The notes under the pieces are model-generated. The model ran no database searches. It was not told the origin of the DNA and saw nothing but the letters and a program-made list of their open reading frames with translations. From positions 532,922 through 596,921 of the forward strand of contig NMRA01000021.1 of assembly GCA_002633005.1 (NCBI GenBank): a DNA stretch of 64,000 bases, read 5' to 3'. The position numbers were made by a program, and so were the translations under genes. Positions 25,528-40,200 of this stretch are shown in pieces (position 1 is the stretch's first letter; every line of letters begins with the position of its first letter). Origin of the DNA: Phoronis australis. Taxonomy: Eukaryota; Animalia; Phoronida.

Positions 25528-27879
25528 GTTTGTTTTCTGTTCGTCTTGCCGAAGACGGTTTGAAACAATGATTGTGATTGGCTTATAGATCAGAAAGTAC
25601 ACATTGAGTGAACTTGCTGACTGAAATTCACCGTTCGACCGAACGGTCGTTGACCACTCAGATTTCCCTCGATAGCCGATACTAGACTCAGCAAAGCAGG
25701 CCAATCTTCATTTAAGTAGCACGGTCACTGGGTCTACATTGAAAATTCATGGGCTCGTCAATCACTGCTGCGTGTCATTTTATGTGTCGGCCTCTATAGC
25801 AGCGTCCGAATTCTTTACTCACAGAACGATGAAAAGCAGGAATCACATGGCACTCCTCCTGTATAATTATTAATAATTTATTATTTATTACTAATATTTT
25901 TTTAATCTTTAATTTCTGACGGTTTGGACCATCACGGAAATAGATTTTTAAAGTTAAACTAGTTCATTGTTGGGTTATCCACATTACCAGCAATTCGTAA
26001 ACTAGGTCATCCGCCAGGTTCTCTGCGTAAAATAGGTCAGCGCTTATGGACCAGTTAGCGCTTCACTCTCCGCGTGTCTACTGTAGAGAAGCACCCAGGA
26101 AGGTTGTTCTACATTTTGTAGCCCAAAATTACCAAAAGTTCAAATATATTCCGTTGAAAAGGAAAGACAAGTCATATCATTACAGATGTCTGGCCAATAT
26201 CATGAGTCACTACTCGTAAGCAAATCAAAGCTGTCCTTACTCGTTGCCTTATCTCGCAGTACCCGTCAATCGACTAGTTTTCAGCCCGCAATGCAACAAT
26301 ACAATTCTCATAAATTCAACTTGTTATGACCCCTTTCAATTTTAAACCATGCCCGAAGTACTCGGAAACAAATTATTGTTAGGTACCACGAGGTTATTTT
26401 TCTCTAGTGGATCGTAAACACCTCAGGTGACTGACGGTTTTCCGCACATAGCTACTTTGGCCTAGAGCTGAATTTTCTGCTCCCATACTATGGGCCGGGC
26501 CGGTCAAGGGCCAATCCCTGTTGTACGCACTACTTAAGCATTGGAATCAAACTGTTATATATAGAGAAAACGTTTATTAGTATACTGGTGTGAATATTAT
26601 CAGTGATTTAACCAAAAACTTCGAATTAACTAGACCCACTAATGATAGTCTATGACGATCAACTGATATCAAAAGGCCAAAATTGGCAATTTTCGGCGAC
26701 CCCATGTTAAATACAAAATTTTGTCTAATTTTCTTCAAAATTCTACATTTCAATCTTGATTATACTGACATCTGTTGGGTCTATCGGCAACTAACCGCAC
26801 ATGAAAGGCTTGGTCGAAAATTATCGTTTTCTCACATGCACTTTCGGGTTTTTAGCGGCGATTCCACTGATCGAAGCGACAAAATAAGCCAAAACTTTGG
26901 CCATACCATGTTAAACATAAAATTTTTTCCAATTTTGCTGAAAGTTGGCCACGTTTTTAACAAAACACTTATCTATATTATGTGCTATCGGCAAATGTGA
27001 TTGATTCATAAATAAGACCCTCACGCTGTGTTTTCTGCGAATCCCATGTATTCTGAAGGGGGCTAACTGAGTGATTTTCGCGCATGCGCAATTCACGGTT
27101 TCAATATTGCTGGTAATGAGAAGCCTTGTACGCCCCGCGGCTCGGCCGGCGAACGACAAGGCCCCCCCCGCCCCTCCCCGGCCCGCCCACTGCAGGCCCC
27201 ATAAGGTCCGCCTCACGCAGACAAACAAAAACTACGACAAAATTTAGAAAGCGACACAAAAGCCCACCAATTAAAAAGGCAGGAACTATCAAAATGCACA
27301 ATTCATAGCTCTGAACGTATCCCATCTTACGCCGGGTAAAATTCAGTGTCAAAAATTCGATCGCCAACTGAAGAACCCGCCCCCATGCATCATAGGCTGG
27401 GGTGAGCGCAGTGGTCGGGTGGTGATGACCGGTCGTCCTACCGTTTCCGAACGGCCAAGAAAGGTACCGTCGGTTGTGAAAAATCAATCCACCAATTAAT
27501 TGTTTCAGGCTCAGTCTGACTGATGCCACTTATATGGCTCTGTATTATCTCTATTATATAGAGAAAGTGGATATCACTGACGTATGAGTTGGACGAAACA
27601 CGCGACTTCAAATTCAGAGTTCGCTCGTAGCGGTGACAAACTTAAAACAATCTCCTTTCTTCAGGCGTGTGCAGCTGCTGTATGCAGCAGCATCATTTTC
27701 AGAATCTGTTGTGATGTTTTAATTGAACTTTTAATATTTAACTCATAACTTTTACATTCCTGGCATTACTGAAATTGTTAGATTCAACACTGAATTTTCA
27801 GAGTCAGTTCAATTTTTAAGAGTTCAATATATCAATTTCAAAATGAAAATTGAAGTGGAAACCTGGCGCTCGATCACAC

Positions 27880-28147
27880 GGCCAGGCGGGGGGGGGGTCG
27901 CGTGGCGGCGTGGGCTCGGGGAGCTCCGGCCAACGATCGAGTCCCCCCATTTGGGCAAACAGGCCCACCTCAGAGAAACAAAAAGTCCAAGAAAACGAGA
28001 AAAAAAGTCCACTGAAAAGGCACAGATGCACAGTGCGAAGAGTGGTACCCCGTTTTTTTAGTCCTCCAGCTTTTTTTGTCAGATGACTGAAAGGTCCACA
28101 TCGCCAGAAATTCGAACCCCCCATATTAAAGGCTGGGTGCGCACATG
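27880..28147. mobile_element. MITE family C copy
   Basis: Near-colinear with 9177-9400; ends in TGGGTGCGCACATG, the reverse complement of the family terminus. Confidence 0.65.
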
Positions 28148-28709
28148 CCACTGACACCAATTCATTTAATTCTGCGTTTCTGACTAGTTTAAAACGGCTA
28201 TAAACCCACGCTCAGTCCATGAAGATCGAACTCCAACTAAAATAGCGGATCTCAACTTCTTAGTTTACTCAGTCGAAAGCTGGGTCTTTCAAGAACTGCA
28301 TCCTACGTGAGAATTCGTTAATCATTGGTTGACGGACCGTGACGAGCAAAATTGTTGGGGTGAATAACAAATAAGCAAAGTGACGCCTGGGCGGAGCATT
28401 GATAACTAGCGAACAATCTGAAACCAAGATAACGATAATTTCGATAAGAGGCCTGAACCAAGCTTTTGTCTTGTGATGGAATGCCAGTCTGTAGCCACGC
28501 TAGCACATCAACATCTTTGCCATTCGTTGTACAGTTAATTCGGAACAAATCAGTGAAGAATTCGAAATGAGTTCATTTGTACAATACATCGTTTTACGAA
28601 TTTCATCACAAATTATACATTTAATAGAGTTTTGAGAACACATCATTTTTGGTTATCTGTCATGAACTTGAGTTTGATTATCTAACAAATCACATTTCAT
28701 AAAAGATGA

Positions 28710-30378
28710 CAGTGGCGGATTTAGAGGGGGGGTCAAGGGGGCCATGCCCCTCAGATTACATTTAGCGGTTGGAGGGTGTGAATGTCTGACGGGCAAAATC
28801 CTAGCTAATACCAGTCTGTCCTGGCCCCCCAACTCAAAATCCTGGATAGCCCCTGGATTACTGAGGTCTTCAAAACTTGATGAACAGGGCCTTACATTTT
28901 GAATCGCAAGTAAAGTTTCATAAAAAATTAAAGCAGCACTATAATTATTTGTCCATTCGGCTCTAAAATCGAACTGGACATTATACTGGCATAAACTCGA
29001 CCTCCTTGCCGTGATAGGTTCCGTGACCAGTGGCGGATTGCAGTGGGACCAAGGGGCCATGCCCCCGAAAATTTTCCCAGATTTTAAGTTCCATTTGGCA
29101 GTCGGGGGTGCGAATGACTGACGGCCAAAATCCTGGCTAACACTCTGCCCTGACCCCCTCTATCTCAAAATCCTGGGTCCACCCCTGATAACCCGGCAAT
29201 ACGCTAGCCACATGACAGCCCGGGCAACTGGCCATGGCTACTATGAAACGTTTTCTTAAGTGGAAACGGTTTTGATGAATATTATGCGACAGCTAAACAG
29301 GGGGAACAACTTTGATTTTTGATCGCTTGGGAAACTGGTAAGTTTCATTTGCAAAAAATGAATACATGAAAGACAAACGAAGGTTGGTAAGAAAAATTAC
29401 TAAGTTTTGATCAATTGAACAACTTAAGTTTCACAAATTTAAAACTGTACCGTATGTAATAAGGAACTTGTAGCATTAGCTCCTACTGCCAGCAAGACTA
29501 CAACCAGTTGTTTTGACGTCGTTATTGCTCGAGGCTCCACAGCCAGTGGCGGAGTCACCACCTCTCCGTGCAAAGATGGCTTCAATCATCCGAAGTCGAA
29601 AGTCCTGGCTCAACGCAAGTCATTTCTCATTTGAAATGAATGCTACTCATGAGGGACTTAATTACGACGAAAGTTGTCTAAAAATATCGTTTCCGTTTTG
29701 ACACTGAGAACGCGAGTTGCATATAGCAGCTTTGGCTTCTACATGTTTGAACTGGACAAAAACAGGCGTGAGTGAGGAAACGCTTAGTAAGCCATGCACA
29801 TCGGCAAGGGGTAGTTCCTCACGCCTTAGACTAGGACTTGCTGGGCACAAAAGCATACGATTCTAACCTTCAACGGCTCGTGTTTCGTCAAGAAGGATTT
29901 GAAATTCAGTACCTGAGGTTGACCGTCACCACTGGCCGGGCATAAAGGACACTTCAACAATCGATCATTACCATGCAGACATGATGCTGCTGGCCAACTT
30001 CCACAGATTTACACTAGCGCCTGGTCAGTGTCTTGGTGTTAGTGCGTAGTAACTGCACATCCACCAACGAACGTAAACCTTACCAACCCCACAGACTTAA
30101 ACTTGTCTTCGTATGACATGGATGTATAAGGAATGACGAATTTACTGAAGGGGNNNNNNNNNNNNNNNNNNNNNNNNNNNNNNNNNNNNNNNNNNNNNNN
30201 NNNNNNNNNNNNNNNNNNNNNNNNNNNNNNNGGGGGGGAGGGCAAGGGGCTATGCCCCTCTAAAATTCTCTGATTCCATCTGGCAGTATCTGACGGGGGT
30301 GCGAACGTCTGACGGCAAAATTCTGGCTAATACTCTGCCCTAGCTGCCCCCCAAATCAAAATCCAGAATCGGCTCCTG
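28710..30378. mobile_element. Cluster of three GC-rich poly-G MITE-like elements (family B): 28710-28855, 29028-29187, about 30147-30378
   Basis: Termini CAGTGGCGGATT...AAAATCCTGG(A/G)T..(C)CCCTG with a shared interior GCCATGCCCC...GGGTGCGAA.G.CTGACGG..AAAAT.CT.GCTAA. Related ends at about 935-1033, about 10646-10740, about 12345-12383 and 14567-14702. Confidence 0.65.
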
Positions 30379-31260
30379 ATAAGATACACGGCAGAACTTG
30401 CCTTTAGACACCCAATAATTGATTGGGTATAAAGTAAACAGGACAAAACATATCACGTTTTGTGTTCCATACAGTCTTGCCTCCATACGTGAAACAATTT
30501 TACATTTTCCTCTGAATATAAACTGGCTCAGTGACCTTAATTACAGTTGCCGATGAAGAATACGTACTGAATGGAATTCATCCGTCAATGCTAAGGTGTC
30601 AGTCAAAGAGCGGGATACCAGCTACGCAAAACATTAGAGTCACATAATAATTCAGTAAAGTGTGCATTTTTATGATTCCAATAAAGGCAAATGTTATCAA
30701 TACCTCCTTTCAAACAACCCAGAGAAAATGATGACTAACTTGATGATTTTATTACGAATAGGACATGAAGTTGCTACACAACTTTCAAAACAGGCAAGTG
30801 TAATAATGAACAAGTAAAGCATACATCAAAGCATAGGAAATGTCATATACACTGTATGTACAACTGTGTGTGACTAGAAAATAGTGGTGTAATTTAACCA
30901 GGCAGTAAATAATAAGCTAAGAAAGAACATTGCAAAATGACATCACTATACCATTCAATGTTGAAACGACATTTCTTTTTCCATACATTTCTACCTAAAA
31001 TGCAACTTATGATCTAAGTCCCTCAAATCCAAAACATATGTCCTCCACACTTTCCCACACCATGGCATCATTCATTTCCCTCGCCACACAAATCATTTAG
31101 AGTGCCGTCCAATAGAGAAGCCAAAAACCACTGACTGATTTTGACAGGATGATCAACCCTTCCAAAACATGATTGCTTCATATGACCACCAGGTGACACT
31201 TCAGTTCCTCTTGATGGTAGAGACTAACTGCTAAACATTCCCTTCTACTCTAACATAAGG

Positions 31261-34200
31261 TTATCCGTCAACTGATTTCAAGATATCGTCTGATTCTTCC
31301 AGTAAATGTTCCGTACCGTCTAACACATGCTCTTGACTGTATCCTTCCACACTGACACTATGATACTCTTGACCTCCATGCTGCACTGATTGACTGTCTA
31401 TATACTGTATAGTGGCACCACCTGGCGGTCCTTCTGAGTTTTCTCCGCTTGCCTGGATGACTTGCGAGGTCACCATCAGATGGCCTTCGCTAGTCGGTAG
31501 GTTGGTCGTGTACAGAATGTGGCCAGCGGATGTGGCCAGCGTTTGGTTGACATCCTGTATAATAACTGGCAGAGTGAAACTACCACCCTCCGACTGGAGG
31601 ACAATAGCTGTGGGAGGTTGTGTAGTGTCACCACCAGCCATATTGTTTTGAGGTACACCTACATCAGTATTCTCACTTTCAGGAATGTGCTTTTCCATAA
31701 AATGCGCAGCATCCGGAAGACTGTTGTCAATAATCTCAACCTCTTTTTCATCCTCGCTGTCAGAACAATACCTCTTTGGACGGCCTCTTCGCCTCTTACC
31801 CGCCACCTGGGCAATGCTGCTTACGGATGGCAGGGCAGTGACATACTTCCGTGGACGACCAACCTTCCTTTTTTGCATCCTCCTAGCTACGGGGCTTTCA
31901 CCGGGCTTTCGACATCTGAAAAGAAATAACGCATATTATATAGCAGTAGTACTAGGGGTAAAACGAAGAATTGTGACTTAAAAATGGAAGATGGGTGCCA
32001 ACCAAAATATGGCCAATCACGATTCCACAGCTGATCTGATGCTAGGTAGCGAATAAGTCCTGCGGATGCCGCTTCCAGTCATTACAAAGACAAATAAAAC
32101 TGCATTAAAATACCAGGGGGTTGTTATATAATTGGCTGTTCAAAAACACTAGACAGGCTTTCATAGACAAGCTTTTGTTTTACAAGATTTAATGTTTGAC
32201 TGGAAGATATCTTGTATAGCTCAAAAACTCAAGGGCACTCCAGGACAAATAAAGTAGTGTCAATGTCTATGGAGTAATTATATTGTTTTTATTCAATAAT
32301 TTCACTTCAAAAACGCACAAAGTAGGGAGAGAGCAAGCGGAAAACAGTGCAGAAACTTCTAATTTCTTTCAGCAGTTGAATACAGTCACAGATTATGTAA
32401 TAATGGTTGAGCAGAAATAAAGGAAACCACGTTTTGACTTATTTTATGGAATCCGATTTTGAATGAGCAGCAAACAGGGTCGTGCCGCACGTTGCACTTG
32501 TCTGCGTGACTTTCCTGTTACCTCCTTCATTTATCATTCTTTTCAGTATTTCACACCTGCCATGTTCCACTGTGTATGTTTTCACCAGCTTAAGCTCTGT
32601 GGTGGCATTACTGCGTCATTTTATCTTCACTTGAGAGGGAAACAAGTATGTTTTGAAATATCGTGTGTCTTTTAATTATGTCGCTAGGTCAGTCACTTTA
32701 TCTATGTTCCGTTGAGAGTAGAGTCTTATTCCAAACATATGAGCGAAACGGAATAAAGACTGTCAATAACGAAAAGTGAAGTGTGTTTAATCAATTCTCC
32801 ATGATTTTGGAGAATCTTTCCGTAAAAAAATTCCAGACAAGACGTGCTGAACACATTTTGTAACGACAAAACAAAGTAACAATTAAGAACACTCAAAAAC
32901 ACAGTAAATCAGACTAAATTTATCCAAATGCTTGTCTGCAAAGTTTTGCCAAAATTCACAGGCAGTCATTTTACCTAATAAGAAAATAATTTGTCAAACA
33001 TTCACTAACTTGTGATTGTGTACAAACTTCTCTCTGTGGAACCCCTTCTTGCAGGTCGCGCAACGATACTTAAACTTGTCCTCATGGCTCAGCATGTGTT
33101 CTCGTAGGTGAGGTTGTCGACTGAAGGCTTTGCCGCATGTAGTGCACTTGAATGGCTTCACTCCACTGTGTGTGATGATGTGTGCCTTCAGCTTGTCTGG
33201 ACGGCTGAACTCCTTTGTACAACCTAGTGACACAGTAAGTAATCCTAATTACAGAACAGACCAATATTCAAATCGAAACTCCCACAAAACAGGTCTAAAA
33301 GCCAAAAGACAAAAGAAATCTAACAAAATATCATTTCCCCGCCATGACGGCTAATTCGGTAAAAGCAAAACAGACTGATAATAAAAATTAGGGCCTCAAA
33401 ATTCTAATTACAAATGGCTTAACCAATAACTTTACCAATTAATTCCCTTCATTATAGGTCATCAGAGGAGACTATACTCTGACGATGAATTTGGATTCCG
33501 CCCAGTTGTAATGTCAGGGAATTCTGGGTCATTTTGACTGTCAGAATATGTTTAATTTCACAGCGAGAAAATTTGAAGAGACAAAACACAGGCCATTACC
33601 AGTGTGCGACTTGAAGGGGCACTTGAACCGTTTGTTGGGGTCATGAATCATGTTGTGTCGTTTCAACTTGTCCTTGCGGTTGAACTGCGCTCCACATGTA
33701 TCGCACTTGAACGGCTTGAGGCCAGTGTGAATAATCTCGTGTAGTTTGAGGTAGTGTTCAGTCTTGAAGCGTTTATTACAGGTATTGCAGATGTGCTCAC
33801 CTGAATTAAACAAGAATAAAATATTAAAAATATTACCATCCAAAAGCTTAATACATCAGCAACGCAGAGCATTGATGTGTATCCACCCTGTGCATCGCAA
33901 ACACTAAAGAAAGAAGACGACTGGTGGTCATATTTCAAATATTTTGACAGCAGTCAGATCCACAATCAGTTGTACATGCAGCTGGCTCTCTTTGTTAGGA
34001 ACACAGTAAGTCAATCTATCAGAGAATTTAGTAACTATTAAGGCAGACTCAATGACAATTTGCCACTGGCAGCACAGTAGCAAGATCAGTCCAAAAATCG
34101 ATGCAGCTGTGCTTTGCCAGTAGGAACACACATACCACATTTCATGAAAATGCATCAAAGAACTTGGCAGATATTGAGGCAGAAAAATGAAATTCCCACC

Positions 34201-37200
34201 CGAAAAGTATGAAGTCATGGCCTGTTCATTAGGAACACATCTAATGCCAACTTGCATAACGATTCTTCAACTGGTTAGCAAGAAGACAGGCAAACTCCAA
34301 AACCAGACGTCCGGTAATAACAATGGCCACTGAGGGGCGCAAAACGGCTGAATCCATACAAAAGCAAGCTTGATTAACATGCCCTTAAGAAAATACACAG
34401 GTGCAAAAATGACATGTGTCACCAAAACACCGCCTACAAGTTGTTACTAAGTACATGTATGTCCATGGACATCCAGAGCTTCTGCAAACTACCACAAGAA
34501 GTTGAAATTAAGAGCACTTACCCAGAGTTCCATGAGCTGGCAGATGTCGCCGGAGGTATCGTTCGCACGTAAACGTCTTCTCACAATGTGGGCACGGGTA
34601 GTTATGTGTGGTAGTTTCCATGTGATGCTGAAGGGCCTCAGGGGTTGAGTACTTGTTACTACACTTGACACATTTAAAGAACCTGTAATGCGAACTGTGG
34701 ACCTTGGTCAGGCTATCAAGAGAAAACTAAACCTGTTAAAACTGCCCCGAACAAAATTATAGAGGTTTAAGACTGCTACAAACCCAACTTTTTAATTTAA
34801 AAGTTTAATGGTACCATTGCAAACCTGGTGTCACCTTGTTCTTTACTCAGATGAGAGTACATGACTGGGGTTGAGAAGAGCTGACTATTCAGTATTGCTT
34901 GACTACCAGTCAGTTTTAATAATGTGGCTTGACAACATGGGTCACTGTGGTTGAAGCATAGATTGGGGTGAGAAGAAACAAGGAACTGTCAGTTCTTGTG
35001 AGAGAAAGAGTGAGGGAGAAAAATAGGGAGTGAGAGCGAGGAAATAGGGAGAGAGTGAGGGAGGGGATGGATGGAGGGAGAGAGTGACAGAAGGAATGGA
35101 GGAAGGGGGAAGAGNGACGAAGAGGGAGGAGAAGGGAGGGAGAGCAAGAAAATACTTTTACTATCATTGAGATACAGTCCACAAATTACTTCTCATCTGG
35201 ATAAAGATCAAGTTCAGATCAGATCAGCATTACAGTATGTACATGGCATAAAACGAAAGCAGATGGGGGTAGGTCAACAGTCATAGGTTCAAATGAGATC
35301 ATCCCACCCCAGCTTTTATGAACACAGCCAGTACCTAGCCCAGCCTCATAATTACTTTAAAAATTTGAAATCTCACGGTGACAGTTAGTTGCAACAAATT
35401 CAACTGTAAATGCACATCTAATATCTTGAATGTTAAATATCATTCTGGATATTTATTCAAACTTGATAACATGGCACCAAAAAGTACACCCATAATATTA
35501 TGTACGATATTTTATCATTCATCTACTATTAAGTACACTTCCACAGTAAAAGGTACTGTTCGAAAATTATTCAGCTTTCTGGAAGACTAGACTGATATTT
35601 TTCACATCAAGTAGCCCATTGCACATACTTTGGTCCAGGCTTGGAGCCTTGGTTGGGGTATAGACTGTGTGAGTACTGATGTACTCCGAGGTCGTACAGT
35701 GTGGGGAACTGTTTGTGACACAGGTGACAACGGTAGCTCATCTCGTCCTCGTGTGTCTTGACGTGCTCTAGAAAACTGTCAAGCTCCTTGAAGTCCTGAC
35801 CACATGCCTTAACTACACACTTGTACACCTGCAGGGTGAAAGTGAGGTGAATGAAACTGGCGTAAAATTTTTGCATTTACTGCGTGTATGTTGGACCCTT
35901 ATACAATAATAAGCAAAATGAAATCCAGGCATTATTGTTCATATGAAGGGTTCTTTGCTGGGAGATATAAGTCATGTTTCAAGTTTCACAGGTCTATGTT
36001 AGCAGAGCTCATCATTGCTTCCCAATATGGCAGAAGAGTGCAATTTAGCTGAAAAATGACGTGCCCAAGGTCCCACAGAACTGCAAAATGTGTCACCTTC
36101 AGGTACAATGTGTAGACAGGTGGCAACAGGAAACAAGAAACAAGAAACAGAACATACTGAAAAAAATCTCTAGTTTGGGACAGTGAAACTATTGTGCTCA
36201 GGGTTGGAGTTTGTACCAAATTTTAGTACCAGGCAATATTGGTTGAATTATGAGAAAGAAGGATTTTGCATTTTATCTCCGATTTTGTTGACACAAAATG
36301 CAGTGCCTGATATTTGATAAATATGACGAACGCCAAAAGTACCCATGTCGCAATCTTCAGAATCAACAAAATTCAATGTCGGCTTGAATTTCAGGGTCCC
36401 AAATATTAGGAACTGTCCCAATCTGGAGAATTTTTTACTGTAAGCTTGTTTTATCAATCGGGACAGGCTGCTGTGTTGCTGGTGACAAATAGTTGGCATC
36501 ACAGAATTACGTCAGCAACAAAGGGTGGGCCTGTACAGTGAAGTCTGCATCCGCCACAATTAAGTTGTGGAATTGTCACAAAAATCGCGAGATAAAAGCT
36601 TACCATTAAATGAATTACATAATCGTGAACTGAATTCTTGACAAGATATCTCAGCATTTCCCAATACCTGTTCCTCTTTGTGGTCAACCATGTGCGTCTT
36701 CAGTTGAAAGTAGGATGAGAACTTAGCAGGACAGTACTGGCACAGGTAGGAGTTGTCAAGAATGATCTGGAGACCCAAGGCAGCGTTCTTCCCCTCAGGA
36801 TCATTCAGGTCTGTCTGATCGGTGGGCTGGCCTGTCTCTGGTGGCTCTGGCGATTCTGTTGCCAGGACAACTAGAGGCTCCTTAGGGAGGGTGTTTGCAA
36901 TGCCAGCCGGCCAAACCTGGAAGGTGAATGTGCCTTGTTTTACATTAGAATTTATAACGACAGGATGTGTGTTGCAGCTTACTTGGAATAATGTACGGTG
37001 TGTGATCTGTACTTATTAGCAAAGCAAGTCAGTAAGACAGACCACAAAAGGTACATTGTATGGTACTTTATACATGAGATAAAGAAAATTCAACACAGTT
37101 TCTAGTTCTCAGTCTTTTTAAACAATGAAATATTATGTTTTGCTTGCTTGCCTTAAAATATCACACTTTTATTCTTCTCAATAGCATAAACAAGAGCAAT

Positions 37201-40200
37201 CACTATGCCATTACCTTGTGAGTTTGCATATGCTTCTTTACATTTGACTTCTGCGCGAACGCTCGTCCGCATACAATGCACTGGAATGGTTTTTCGCCCG
37301 TGTGCGAACGAACGTGCTGCTGTAGGTCAAAGTTCTTCATGAATGTCTTATCACAGTATTCACACTTGAGTTTCTTCTCTGCCTCTGTTTTCTTAGCGCG
37401 GCCTGGAGCTGTCTTTATGCCTTGACTAAACTCATCGAGTGCTGTCAACAATGCATTGTTGGTGTTGTTGTTGTTATTGTTGTTGTTGCTCAGGTTGCCT
37501 TGGGAACGCTCTGTAAATTCAACAGTCATGTGAACAGGTACCTACACCATTTGATACCAAATTTTTTGTACATGACTTCAAATACTGAGCAGAAGAGGTA
37601 TTTCGAAAAACGACAGACAACGAATGTCTTGACGAAAACTAAGATGGCTACCTGGGGGTAGTTATCAAGGAATTTAGCCATATCCATCCTAAAGCCAACC
37701 AGCGATATATCTCTGGGTCAATACTCATTGTTCAAAAGTCTTAAAAATAATCGACAGACAAAGAAATCTAAAATGGCGCATAAGGCAAGTTACAGTCATG
37801 TGATCAAAACTTAACAAAGTTAAAGTGGTGCGCTGACCCTCACTGCCATATATCAAACTTGATCAACACCGACTAAGCAACTTGAGAAACGATCAGCAGA
37901 CAACCCAAAGTGCATAAAAATAACAGAAAAAGAAAAAAATAGGAAAAAATATAATTAAACTGGCAAATGTCTATTAACAGGAAATTTTGTTTAGAATCGG
38001 CAATTTCATTGACTGTCAGCAAGAATGGATTTTGTCATTTGTCATTTAACTGAACTCACTGCCACGGATGGGTGAGGGTTTTGTTATCATGTTGCCCACG
38101 GTGGTGACGGGGGAGCTGTTGACAACGGAGACTTGTACAGCAGGCAGATTCACTTGTTGCGGCTGTTGTATTTGTATAGTGGTTGTAAAGGCATTGTTGC
38201 TGGCACCCCCGAGGGTTTGCTGGCCGGAGCTGATGCCTGAATAGGTAGGCATGGCGACGCTAGCTGACCGCGACGGCACGGGGCTGACTTGGGATAGAAA
38301 TGGGTTACCTTGGATTGACGTGCCCTGAAAGTGATGCATGTGAAATTGGATCTTAAAGATTGTGAAAAACAGAGACACGACTAGACTATTGTTTGTGTAC
38401 AAAAATAATGACCTAAGAAGTAAAAAAATCTACCTTGTAAATTTCAAATTAATTTTCATCATTCATAACAAATTCTAGGTGTCACCAGGTGGCGATACTG
38501 TCTCATCCACAAGTCGCCTCATCTACAAACTGCTAAATAACTCGTTGTGGAAATCAATGACTTTTCATATGTCTGCAAAAATAGTTCAGCAAAGAAACAA
38601 TTCACGAGGAAGGGAAGCAGACGTAGTTATCAAAAGCAGAAATGGTCGCTTTATTGGCACTACTTTTAATGTCCAATATTACAAGATAAGTCATGTTCTG
38701 TTCATCTGAAAAATACCACATGTGAGAAGATAATATGACAGGATCTATTAATAACACACGCTAGTCTTGGCTTACAAAGTAGAAATTCTATTTTTTTAGG
38801 TAAAATGCGTTAACCAGATGTAGTGTGAATTCATGGTGTTTTCTAACCAAAGACAGTAAAACTATAGAAAGAAAAAGGTATTTCCTCAGTACATTAATGC
38901 AAGTTGTGACCACGCAAGATGGTGTGGATACCCTGGACTTTCTCCAGGACCCATCCATGAAGAGACAGTGATTCATAAAAACACACACGCACGCACGCAC
39001 ACACACACACACACAGCACATGTTTTTGTTCCTTACCACTTGTAGTTGTGTCCCTTGTTCAAGTGTGAATGGCATCAGATCGCTGTCAGTGAGCACCATG
39101 CCTTGTGCGAGTTGTGTCAGGGGGGACTGGGGAACAGCATTGAAGGCGCCTGATACCTGTAATACAGTGTACTGTAGCAATGACACAGTCACCACTCTGC
39201 CACCCATTACAGTGGGTGCACTCAGCATTGTTAAGGGGAATCTTTGCCTGCATAGTGCATTGTCGGACAGGTCACTGGGAGCTCTAATGAACTGTTCAGA
39301 ACTAGTAATGAGTAATAAAAGTGTGTAAACAAGATGGGGCTCTTTCTCCAAGAGTCTGTTATGTCGACTTTCAGTTAAAACTCAGTCAATGGATGGCTTA
39401 GCCTGTTTCATAAGATCAGGCTAAAAGTCAGAAAATCTGGTCAAAAGACTGCGAGCACACTAAAAGACAAAGCCAAAAGACAAAAATCAATTTTTGGATA
39501 TAGACTCCTTGAGAAATAGGCCCCAGGTCTTAGTTTTATATGTAAAATAATTCTAACTAAAAGCAGCAATAACATAGTAATAGGATGGTTCTGGATGACA
39601 CAGCAACACTTGAATCTCACAGTATTTATCCACAATGCTGGAACATTCGTCAAACAGTTTCCCATCTTTGTTTTGCGTGCCATAGGAGTTTCTCAGATTA
39701 TTCGTTGAATTTAGCCTAGCCTTTCTCGACTGCATTAACTGCATTCGACCTCCCAATGAAGGAGTCAGCGAGGTTTTACTGCTGTACTGTGGGCTGTAAC
39801 TTCCAATGGCACAAAGTTGGATAAGGTTTGAAAAGTAATCCTTGGATGTGGATTTTTCGACATAATTCCTAGAATATTTCTAAAATGAGGCAAATGTAAA
39901 CATGTTTTTCTACCTTCAAAACAAAAGAAGTACTAATGCGTGACTGTCCTATTATGGATTCCTGTTTCTATGCAAACACAGCGCCTTGGACTATACCGGT
40001 ACTCACTTCTCTGTAGACCTGTCGGCCGATGGTGTGCTGTACAGACGAAGTGAAGGCACTATTGGGGTTAGTGCCTGGGGTCTGAGCGGGCAGCGGAGGA
40101 CGAAGTGTTTGAACTTGCTGGGGAGGAGGGCGGCAGGCTGTCTGCTTGTGGTTGATGAAAGCTCCCAGGTTGTAGAATTGCTTCTTGCACTTGCCACACT

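Noticed and set aside
25528-25704. Upstream in-frame extension of MED15 exon 1 suggested by the ORF track
   Set aside because: It starts at a non-ATG codon, and homology begins at the ATG at 25527.
33455-33500. CTGATGA/CTGACGA motifs checked as hammerhead ribozyme cores (also 52252, 53709, 58581)
   Set aside because: I could not find a correctly spaced GAAA with supporting stems by eye; an Infernal/Rfam scan would be decisive.
38788-39351. 187-aa minus-strand ORF
   Set aside because: Only 39037-39156 is a ZNF341 exon; the rest is intron read-through, including a (TG)n microsatellite.
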